Part shown: in pieces, positions 1 through 10,669 of the stretch | How the letters are laid out: every line of letters begins with the position of its first letter | Numbering within the stretch: the first letter of the stretch is position 1 | NCBI GenBank assembly: GCA_964016885.1 | Contig: OZ024744.1 | Coordinates: forward strand, 132,742,001-132,806,000 | DNA length: 64,000 nt | DNA from: Eledone cirrhosa | Lineage: Eukaryota | Direction of reading: 5' to 3' | Position numbers and translations under genes: made by a program | The notes under the pieces: generated by a model | The model's input: the letters and a program-made list of their open reading frames with translations, nothing else | Databases searched by the model: none | What the model was told of the DNA's origin: nothing

Positions 1-1249
1 GTGAAGTTGGGGTTAAGTTAAGTTGGGGTTAACTTAAGTTGGGGTTAAGTTAAGTTGGGGTTAAATTAAGTTGGGGTTAAATTAAGGTGGGGTTAAGTTA
101 AGTTGGGGGTAAGTTAAGTTGGGGGCAAGTTAAGTTGGTGTTAAGTTAAGTTGGGGTTAAGTTAAGTTGGGGTTAAGTTAAGTTGGGTTTAAGTTAAGTT
201 GGGACTAAGTTAAGTTAGGGCTAAGTTAAGTTGGGGTTAAGTTAAGTTGGGGCTAAGTTAAGTTGGGTCTAAGTTGAGTTGGGGTTAAGTTAAGTTGGGG
301 TTAAGTTAAGTTGGGGTTAAATTAAGTTGGGGTTAATTAAGTTGGGGTTAAGTTAAGTTGGGGTTAAGTTAAGTTGGGGTTAATTTAAGTTGGGGTTGTG
401 TTAAGTTGGGGTTAAGTTAAGTTGGGGATAAGTTAAGTTGGGGTTAAGTTAAGTTGGGGGTAAGTTAAGTTGGTGGTAAGTTAAGTTGGGGTTAAGTTAA
501 GTTGGGGTTAATTTAAATTGGGGTTAATTTAACTTTGTGGTTAAGTTAAGTTGGGGTTTATTTAAGTTGGGTTTAAGTTAAGTTGGGGTTGAGTTAAGTT
601 GGGGTTGAGTGAAGTTGGGGTTAAGTTAAGTCGGGGTTAAGTTAAGTTGGGGTTGAGTTAAGTCGGGGTTAATTTAAGTTGGGGCTAAGTTAATTTGTGG
701 TTAAGTTAAGTTGGGGTTAAGTTAAGTTGGGGTTAAGTTAAGTTGGGGGTAAGTTAAGTTGGGGGCAAGTTAAGTTGGGGTTAAGTTAAGTTGCGGTTAA
801 GTTAAGTTGGGGTTAAGTTAAGTTGGGTTTAAGTTAAGTTGGGGTTCAGTTAAGTTGGGGTTAAGTTAAGTTGGGGTTAAGTTAAGTTGGGGTTGAGTTA
901 AGTTGGGGTTTAATTAAGTTGGGGTTGAGTTAAGTTGGGGTTGAGTTAAGTGGGGGTTGAGTTAAGTTGGGGTTAAGCTAAGTTGGGGTTAAGTTAAATT
1001 GAGGTTAAGTTAACTTGGGTTTGAGTTAAGTTGGGGTTAAGTTAAGTTGGTGTTAAGTTCAGTTCAGGTTAAGTTAACTTGGGGTTAAGTTAAGTTGGGG
1101 TTGAGTTAAGTTGGGGTTGAGTTAAGTTGGGGTTAAGTTAAGTTGGGGTTAACTTAAGTTGGGGTTAAGTTAAGTTGGGGTTAATTTAAGTTGGGGTTCA
1201 GTTAAATTGAGGTTAAGATAACTTGGGTTTGCGTTAAGATGGGGTTAAG

Positions 1250-3925
1250 TTAGGTTTTTCGAAAACCTTATATAATCATTTTTATTTAGGTTCTTCGAAA
1301 CACCTTATATAATCAATTTTTTTAGGTTTTTCGAAAAACCTTATATAATCAATTTTTTAATACTTTTAGAAATATTTATATCTGATTTCAAATATTGATT
1401 TTATTAGGTTTTTGGAATAATCAATTTTTTTTACGTTTTTCGAAAAATGTTATATAATCAATTTTTTTTAGGTTTTTCGAATCAATTCAATTTTTATAAT
1501 CAAATATTTTTAGGTTTTTAGAAAAACCTTATATAATCAAATTTTTTTAGGTTTTTCGGAAAACCTTATATAATTAATTTTTTTATACTTTTAGAAATAT
1601 TTATATCTGATTTCAAATATTGGATTTTTTAGGTTTTTCGATAATCAATTTTTTTTAGATTTTTCGAAAAATCTTATATAATCAATTTTTTTACGTTTTT
1701 AGAAAGACCTTATATAATCAATTTTTTTATACTTTTAGAAATATTTATATCTGATTTCAAATATTGATTTTTTTTTTAGGTTTTTCGAAATACCTTATAT
1801 AATCAATTTTTTTTAGGTTTTTCAAATTACTTTATATAATCAATTTTTTTTATCTGATTTCATATATTGATTTTTTTAGCTTTTTCGACAAAATCTTATA
1901 TAATCAATTTTTTTTAGGTTTTTCGAAAAAGAATGAATTTGAGTTCATAGTCGAAATATATACTTCTGCATTAATCTTTTTACGTTTTTTTGATTTTTTT
2001 TAAAAAAACGTAAAAAATTAATGCTTTTACAAATCTTTTGAAATATTTACTTTCTAGTTTCAAATTTTGCAGATTAAATTTATCTCGAAAAACCTAACAA
2101 ATCAGTTGTCGAAATCAGAAGTTAATATTTCGAAAAACGCAATTTGAAAAACTCATATTAATTTTTTTTCGAAAACATTATATAATCAATTTTTTTATAC
2201 TTTTAGAAATATTTATATCTGATTTCAAATATTGATTTTTTTAGGTTTTTCGAAAACCCTATATAATCAATTTTTTTGTACTTTTAGAAATATCTATATC
2301 TGATTTCATGTATTGATTTTTTTATATTTTTCGAAAAATCTTATATAATCAATTTTTTTACGTTTTTAGAAAAACCTTATATAATCAATTTTTTTTTTTT
2401 TTCTAAAAATCTTATATAATCAATTTTTTTTAGGTTTTTCGAAAAACCTTATACAATCAATTTTTTTTATGTTTTTTCGAAAAATCTTATATAATCAATT
2501 TTTTTACGTTTTTAGAAATATTTATATATGATTTCAAATATTGATTTTTTTTAGATTTTTCGAAATACCTTATATAATCAATTTTTTTAAGGTTTTTCAA
2601 ATTACCTTATATAATCAATTTTTTTTATCTGATTTCAAATATTGATTTTTTTAGCTTTTTCGACAAAATCTTATATAATCAATTTTTTTTAGGTTTTTCG
2701 AAAAAGAATGAATTTGAGTTCATAGTCGAAATATATACTTCTGCATTAATCTTTTTACGTTTTTTTGATTTTTTTTAAAAAAACGTAAAAAATTAATGCT
2801 TTTACAAATCTTTTGAAATATTCACTTTCTAGTTTCAAATTTTGCAGATTAAATTTTTCTCGAAAAACCTAAAAAATCAGTTGTCGAAATCAGAAGTTAA
2901 TATTTCGTAAAACGCAATTTGAAAAACTCATATTAATTTTTTTTCGAAAACTTATTATATAATCAATTTTTTTATACTTTTAGAAATATTTATATCTGAT
3001 TTCAAATATTGATTTTTTGAGGTTTTTCGAAAACCCTATATAATCAATTTTTTTGTACTTTTAGAAATATCTATATCTGATTTCATGTATTGATTTTTTT
3101 ATATTTTTCGAAAAAGCTTAGATAATCAATTTTTTTAGGTCTTTCGAAAACATTATATAATCAATTTTTTTTTAGGTTTTTCGAAAAAACCTTATATAAT
3201 CAATTTTTTTTAGGTTTTTTCGAAAAATCTTATATAATCAATTTTTTTACGTTTTTAGAAAAACCTTATATAATCAATTTTTTTTAGATTTTTCAAAAAA
3301 CCTTATATAATCAATTTTTTTTAGGTTTTTCGAAAAACCTTATATAATCAATTTTTTTTGTTTTTTTGAAAAATCTTATATAATCAATTTTTTTACGTTT
3401 TTAGAAATATTTATATCTGATTTCAAATATTGATTTTTTTTAGGTTTTTCGAAATACCTTATATAATCAATTTTTTTTAGGTTTTTCAAATATTGATTTT
3501 TTTAGCTTTTTCGACAAAATCTTATCAAAAATCAATTTTTTTTAGGTTTTTCGAAAAAGAATGAATTTGAGTTCATAGTCGAAATATATACTTCTGCATT
3601 AATCTTTTTACGTTTTTTTGATTTTTTTTAAAAAAACGTAAAAAATTAATGCTTTTACAAATCTTTTGAAATATTTACTTTCTAGTTTCAAATTTTGCAG
3701 ATTAAATTTTTCTCGAAAAACCTAAAAAATCAGTTGTCGAAATCAGAAGTTAATATTTCGAAAAACGCAATTTGAAAAACTCATATTAATTTTTTTTCGA
3801 AAACTTATATAATCAATTTTTTTATACTTTTAGAAATATTTATATCTGATTTCAAATATTGATTTTTTTTTAGGTTTTTCGAAATACCTTATATAATCAA
3901 TTTTTTTTAGGTTTTTCAAATTACC
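1250..3925. repeat. AT-rich island 1 (long, ~2.7 kb): minisatellite of ~35-bp and ~42-bp units with three copies of a ~230-bp foldback core
   Basis: Units aaaaccttatataatcaat(t)naggtttttcg and ttttagaaatatttatatctgatttcaaatattgat(t)n. The core marker gaatgaatttgagttcatagtcgaaat occurs at 1931, 2706 and 3559. Confidence 0.92.
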
Positions 3926-4121
3926 CCGACTTAACTTAACCCCGACTTAACTTAACCCCAACTTAACTTAACCCCAACTTAACTTAACCCCAACTTAACT
4001 TAACCCCAACTTGATTTAACCCCAACTTAACTCACACCCAACTTAACTTACCCCCAACTTAACTTAACCCCAACTTGACTTAACCCCAACTTAACTTAAC
4101 CCCAACTTAACTTAACCCCAA
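3921..4121 (-). repeat. Inverted satellite tract (island-associated, truncated type)
   Basis: (ccccaacttaacttaa)n starting at caaattaccccgac and ending ccccaaagtcggaat. Confidence 0.95.
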
Positions 4122-6478
4122 AGTCGGAATTAAGTTAAGTTGGGGTTAAGTTAAGTTGGGGGTAAGTTAAGTTGGGGGTAAGTTAAGTTGGGGTTAAGTT
4201 AAGTTGGGGTTAAGTTGGGGTTAAGTTAAGTTGGGTATAAGTTAAGTTGGGGTTGAGTTAAGTTGGGGTTAAGTTAAGTTGGGGTTAAGTTAAGTTAGGG
4301 TTAATTTAAGTTGGGGTTATGTTAAGTTGGGGTTAACTTAAGTTGGGGTTAAGTTAAGTTGGGGTTAATTTAGGTTGGGGTTAAGTTAATTTGGGGTTAA
4401 GATATGTTGGGGTTAAGTTAAATTGAGGTTAAGTTAACTTGGGTTTGAGTTAAATTGGGGATAAGTTAAGTTGGGGTTAAGTTAAGTTGGGGTTAATTTA
4501 AGTTGGGTTTAAGTTAAGTTGGGGTTGAGTTAAGTTGGGGTTAATTCAAGTTGGGGCTAAGTTAAGTTGGGGCTGAGTTAAGTTGGGGTTAAGTTAAGTT
4601 GGGGTTAACTTAAGTTGGGGTTAAGTTAAGTTAGGGCTAAGTTAATTTGGGTTTAAGTTAAGTTGGGGCTAAGTTAAGTTGGGGTTAAGTTAAGTCGGAG
4701 TTAAGTTAAGTTGGGGTTAAGGTAAGTTAGGCTTAACTTAAGTTGGGGTTAAGTTAAGTTGGGGTTAAGTTAAGTTGGGTTTAAGTTAAGTTGGGGTTAA
4801 GTTAAGTGGTGGTTATGTTAAGTTGGGGTTAAGTTAAGTTGGGGTTAAATTAAGTTGGGGTTAAGTTAAGTTGGGTGTAAGTTAAGTTGGGGTTGAGTGA
4901 AGTTGGGGTTAAGTTAAGTTGGGGTTAAGTAGAGTTGGGATTAAGTTAAGTTGGGGTTAAGTTAAGTTGGTGTTAAGTTGGGGTTAATTTAAGTTGGGGT
5001 TAAGTTAAGTTGGGGTTGAGTGAAGTTGGGGTTAAGTTATGTTGGGGTTAAGTTAAGTTGGGGTTAACTTAAGTTGGGTTTAAGTTAAGTTGCGGTTAAG
5101 TTAAGTTGGGGTTAAGTTAAGTTGGGGTTAAGTTAAGTCGGGGTTAAGTTAAGTTGGGGTTGAGTTAAGTTGGGGTTATTTTAAGTTGAGGTTATGTTAA
5201 GTTGGGGTTAATTTAAGTTGGGGTTAAGTTAAGTTGGGGTTAATTTAAGTTGGGGTTAAGTTCAGTTGGAGTTAATTTAAGTTGGGGTTAAGTTAAGTTG
5301 GGTTTAAGTTAAGTTGGGGTTAAGTTAAGTTGGGGTTAAGTTAAGTTGGGTTTAAGTTAAGTTGGGGCTAAGTTAAGTTGGGTCTAAGTTGAGTTGGGGT
5401 TAAGTTAAGTTGGGGTTAAGTTAAGTTGAGGTTAAATTAAGTTGGGGTTAATTAAGTTGGGGTTAAGTTAAGTTGGGGTTAAGTTAAGTTGAGGTTAAGT
5501 TAACTTGGGGTTAAGTTAAGTTGGGGTTAAGTTAAGTTGGGGTTGAGTTAAGTTGGGGTTGAGTTGAGTTGGGGTTAAGTGAAGTTGGGGTTAAGTTAAG
5601 TTGGGGTTAAGTTAAGTTGGGGTTAATTTAAGTTCGGGTTAAGTTAAGTTCGGGGTAAGCTAAGTTGGGGTTAAGTTAAATTGGGTCTAAGTTAAGTGGG
5701 GGGTTAAGTTAAGTTGGGGTTGAGTTAAGTTGTGGTTAAGTTAACTTGGGGTTAAGTTAAGTTTAGTTTGAGTTAAGTTGGGGTTAAGTTGGGGTTAAGT
5801 TAAGTTGGGGTTAAGTTAAGTTGGGGTTAAGTTAAGTTGGGGTTAAGTTGAGGTTAAGTTAAGTTGTGGTTAAGTTAAGTTGGGGCTAAGTTAAGTTGGG
5901 GCTAATTTAAGTTGGGGCTAAGTTAAGTTGGGGTTAAGTTCAGTTGGGGTTAATTTAAGTTGGGGTTAGGTTAAGTTGGGGATAAGTTAAGTTGGGGATA
6001 AGTTAAGTTGGGGTTAAGTTAAGTTGGGTTTAAGTTAAGCTGGGGTTAAGTTAAGTTGGGGTTAAATTAAGTTGGGGTTAAGTTAAGTTTGGGTTAGGTT
6101 AAGTTGGGGATAAGTTAAGTTGGGGATAAGTTAAGTTGGGGTTAAGTTAAGTTGGGGTTAAATTAAGTTGGGGTTAAGTTAAGTTGGGGTTAATTTAAGT
6201 TGGGGTTAAGCTAAGTTGGGGTTAAGTTAAGTTGGGTTTAAGTTAAGTTGGGGTTAAGTTAAGTTGGGGTTAAGTTAAGTTGGGGTTAGGTTAAGTTGGG
6301 GATAATTTAAGTTGGGGATAAGCTAAGTTGGGGTTAAGTTAAGTTGAGTTTAAGTTAAGTTGGGGTTAAGTTAAGTTGGGGTTAAATTAAGTTGGGGTTA
6401 AGTTAAGCTGGGGTTAAATTAAGTTGGGGTTATGTTAAGTTGGGGTTAAGTTAAGTTGGGGTTAGTTTAAGTGGGGTT

Positions 6479-6823
6479 AACCCCAACTTAACTTAACCCC
6501 AACTTAACTTAACCCCAACTTCACTCAACCCCAACTTAAATTAACCCCAACTTATCTCAACCCCAACTTAACTCAACCCCAACTTAAATTAACCCCAACT
6601 TAACTTAACCCTGACTTAACTTAACCCCGACTTAACTTAACCCCGACTTAACTTAACCCCAACTTAACTTAAACCCCAACTTAACTTAACCCCAACTTAA
6701 CTTAACCCCAACTTGACTTAACCCCAACTTAACTCACACCCAACTTAACTTACCCCCAACTTAACTTAACCACAACTTGACTTAACCCCAATTTAACTTA
6801 ACCCCAACTTAACTTAACCCCAA
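6479..6823 (-). repeat. Inverted satellite tract, type A (~345 bp)
   Basis: Starts ttagtttaagtggggtt|aacccc and ends ccccaaagtcggagttcag. Confidence 0.95.
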
Positions 6824-7440
6824 AGTCGGAGTTCAGTTAAGTTGGGGTTCAGTTAAGTTAGGCTTAACTTAAGTTGGGGTTAAGTTAAGTTGGGGGTAAG
6901 TTAATTTGGGGGTAAGTTAAGTTGGGGTTAAGTTAAGTTGGGGTTAAGTTAAGTTAGGGTTAAGTTAAGTTGGGGTTGAGTTAAGTTGGGGTTAAGTTAA
7001 GTGGTGGTTATGTTAAGTTGGGGTTAAGTTAAGTTGGCGTTAAATTAAGTGGGGTTAACTTAAGTTGGGTGTAAGTTAAGTTGGGGTTGAGTGAAGTTGG
7101 GGTTAAGTTAAGTTGGGGTTAAGTTAAGTTAAAGTTAATTTAAGTTGGGGTTATGTTAAGTTGGTGTTAAGTTAAGTTGGGGTTAAGTCGAGTTGGGGTT
7201 AAGTTAAGTTGGGGTTAAGTTAAATTGGTGTTAAGTTAAGTTGGGGTTAAGTTAAGTTGGGGTTAATTTAAGTTGGGGTTAAGTTAAGTTGGTGTTCACT
7301 TAAGTTGGGGTTAAGTTAAGTTGGGGTTAAGTTAAGTTGTGGTTAAGTTAAGTTGGGGTTAGGTTAAGTTGGGGTTAAGTTAAGCTGGGGTTAAATTAAG
7401 TTGGGCTTAAGTTAAGTTGGGGTTAGGTTAAGTTGGGGTT

Positions 7441-7738
7441 AACCCCAACTTAACTTAACCCCAACTTAACTTAACCCCAACTTCACTCAACCCCAACTTA
7501 ACTTAACCCCAACTTCACTCAACCCCAACTTAACTCAACCCCAACTTAACTTAACCCCAACTTAACTTAACCCTAACTTAACTTAACCCCGACTTAAACT
7601 TAACCCCGACTTAACTTAACCCCAACTTAAATTAAACCCAACTTAACTTAACCCCATCTTAACTTAATCCCAACTTGACTTAACCCCAACTTAACTCACA
7701 CCCAACTTAACTTACCCCCAACTTAACTTAACCCCAAA
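7441..7738 (-). repeat. Inverted satellite tract, type B (~297 bp)
   Basis: Starts ttaggttaagttggggtt|aacccc, contains gacttaaacttaa, ends ccccaaagtcggag. Confidence 0.95.
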
Positions 7739-9410
7739 GTCGGAGTTAAGTTAAGTTGGGGTTAAGTTAAGTTAGGCTTAACTTAAGTTGGGGTTAAGTT
7801 AAGTTGGGGGTAAGTTAAGTTGGGGGTAAGTTAAGTTGGGGTTAAGTTAAGTTGGGGTTAAGATAAGTGGTGGTTATGTTAAGTTGAGGTTAAGTTAAGT
7901 TGGGGTTAAATTAAGTTGGGGTTAAGTTAAGTTGGGTGTAAGTTAAGTTGGGGTTGAGTGAAGTTGGGGTTAAGTTAAGCTGGGGTTAAGTAGAGTTGGG
8001 GTTAAGTTAAGTTGGGGTTAAGTTAAGTTGGTGTTAAGTTGGGGTTAAGTTAAGTTGGGGTTAAGTTAAGTTGGGGTTAAGTTGGGGTTAAGTTAAGTGG
8101 TGGTTATGTTAAGTTGGGGTTAACTTAAGTTGGGGTTAATTTAAATTGGGGTTAAATTAAGTTGGGGTTAATTTAAGTTGGGGTTAAGATAAGTTGGGGT
8201 TATGTTAAGTTGGGTTTAAGTTAAGTTAGGGTTAAGTTAAGTTGGGGTTGACTTAAGTTGGGGTTAAGTTAAGTTGGGGTTATGTTAAGTTGGGTTTAAG
8301 TTAAGTTGGGGTTAAGCTAAGTTGGGGTTAAGTTAAGTTGCGGTTAAGTTAAGTTGGGGTTAAGTTAAGTTGGGGTTCAGTTAAGTTGGGGTTAAGTTAA
8401 GTTGGGGTTAAGTTAAGTTGGGGTTAATTTAAGTTGGGGTTAAATTAAGTTGGGGTTAATTTAAGTTGGGGTTAAGATAAGTTGGGGTTAAGTTAAGTTG
8501 GGGTTAAATTAAGTTGGGGTTAAGTTAAGTTGGGGTTAATTTAAGTTGGGGTTAAGTTAAGTTGGGGTTAAGTTAAGTTGGGGGTAAGTTAAGTTGGGGG
8601 TAAGTTAAGTTGGGTGTAAGTTAAGATGGGGTTAAGTTAAGTTGGGGTTAAGTTATTTTGGGGTTAAGTTAAGTTGGGGGAAAGTTAAGTTGGTGGTAAG
8701 TTAAGTTGGGGGTAAGTTAAGTTGGGGTTAAGTTAAGTTGGGTTAAGTTGGGGTTAAGTTAAGTTAGGGTTAAGTTAAGTTGGGGTTGAGTTAAGTTGGG
8801 GTTAAGTTAAGAGGTGGTTATGTTCAGTTGGGGTTAAGTTAAGTTGCGGTTAAGTTAAGTTGGGGTTAAGTTAAGTTGGAGTTAAGATAAGTTGGGGTTA
8901 AGTTAAGTTGGGGTTAATTTAAGTTGGGGTTAAGCTAAGTTGGGGTTAAGTTAAGTTGGGGTTAAATTAAGTTGGGGTTAAGTTAAGTTGGGGTTAATTT
9001 AAGTTGGGGTTAAGTTAAGTTGGGGTTAAGTTAAGTTGGGGGTAAGTTAAGTTGGGGGTAAGTTAAGTTGGGGTTAAGTTAAGTTGGGGTTAAATTAAGT
9101 TGGGGTTAAGTTAAGTTGGGGTTAATTTAAGTTGGGGTTAAGCTAAGTTGGGGTTAAGTTAAGTTGGGTTTAAGTTAAGTTGGGGTTAAGTTAAGTTGGG
9201 GTTAAGTTAAGTTGGGGTTAGGTTAAGTTGGGGATAATTTAAGTTGGGGATAAGCTAAGTTGGGGTTAAGTTAAGTTGAGTTTAAGTTAAGTTGGGGTTA
9301 AGTTAAGTTGGGGTTAAATTAAGTTGGGGTTAAGTTAAGCTGGGGTTAAATTAAGTTGGGGTTATGTTAAGTTGGGGTTAAGTTAAGTTGGGGTTAGTTT
9401 AAGTGGGGTT

Positions 9411-9755
9411 AACCCCAACTTAACTTAACCCCAACTTAACTTAACCCCAACTTCACTCAACCCCAACTTAAATTAACCCCAACTTATCTCAACCCCAACT
9501 TAACTCAACCCCAACTTAAATTAACCCCAACTTAACTTAACCCTGACTTAACTTAACCCCGACTTAACTTAACCCCGACTTAACTTAACCCCAACTTAAC
9601 TTAAACCCCAACTTAACTTAACCCCAACTTAACTTAACCCCAACTTGACTTAACCCCAACTTAACTCACACCCAACTTAACTTACCCCCAACTTAACTTA
9701 ACCACAACTTGACTTAACCCCAATTTAACTTAACCCCAACTTAACTTAACCCCAA
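9411..9755 (-). repeat. Inverted satellite tract, type A
   Basis: Same junctions and variants as 6479-6823. Confidence 0.95.
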
Positions 9756-10372
9756 AGTCGGAGTTCAGTTAAGTTGGGGTTCAGTTAAGTTAGGCTTAAC
9801 TTAAGTTGGGGTTAAGTTAAGTTGGGGGTAAGTTAAGTTGGGGGTAAGTTAAGTTGGGGTTAAGTTAAGTTGGGGTTAAGTTAAGTTAGGGTTAAGTTAA
9901 GTTGGGGTTGAGTTAAGTTGGGGTTAAGTTAAGTGGTGGTTATGTTAAGTTGGGGTTAAGTTAAGTTGGCGTTAAATTAAGTGGGGTTAACTTAAGTTGG
10001 GTGTAAGTTAAGTTGGGGTTGAGTGAAGTTGGGGTTAAGTTAAGTTGGGGTTAAGTTAAGTTAAAGTTAATTTAAGTTGGGGTTATGTTAAGTTGGTGTT
10101 AAGTTAAGTTGGGGTTAAGTCGAGTTGGGGTTAAGTTAAGTTGGGGTTAAGTTAAATTGGTGTTAAGTTAAGTTGGGGTTAAGTTAAGTTGGGGTTAATT
10201 TAAGTTGGGGTTAAGTTAAGTTGGTGTTCACTTAAGTTGGGGTTAAGTTAAGTTGGGGTTAAGTTAAGTTGTGGTTAAGTTAAGTTGGGGTTAGGTTAAG
10301 TTGGGGTTAAGTTAAGCTGGGGTTAAATTAAGTTGGGCTTAAGTTAAGTTGGGGTTAGGTTAAGTTGGGGTT

Positions 10373-10669
10373 AACCCCAACTTAACTTAACCCCAACTTA
10401 ACTTAACCCCAACTTCACTCAACCCCAACTTAACTTAACCCCAACTTCACTCAACCCCAACTTAACTCAACCCCAACTTAACTTAACCCCAACTTAACTT
10501 AACCCTAACTTAACTTAACCCCGACTTAAACTTAACCCCGACTTAACTTAACCCCAACTTAAATTAAACCCAACTTAACTTAACCCCATCTTAACTTAAT
10601 CCCAACTTGACTTAACCCCAACTTAACTCACACCCAACTTAACTTACCCCCAACTTAACTTAACCCCAA
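10373..10669 (-). repeat. Inverted satellite tract, type B
   Basis: Same junctions and variants as 7441-7738. Confidence 0.95.

Noticed and set aside
1260-1930. TATA boxes or heat-shock elements (ttatataa, ttcgaa)
   Set aside because: These are parts of the repeat unit with no downstream gene. TTCGAA lacks the nTTCnnGAAn spacing of a heat-shock element.
1250-3925. CRISPR-like array (palindromic ~35-bp repeats)
   Set aside because: The units are directly tandem with no unique spacers and variable homopolymers, and there are no cas genes.
1250-3925. Mitochondrial control-region insertion (NUMT)
   Set aside because: It is AT-rich with poly-T and stem-loops, but there is no adjacent tRNA, rRNA or CDS remnant. 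It cannot be supported without BLAST against the mitogenome.
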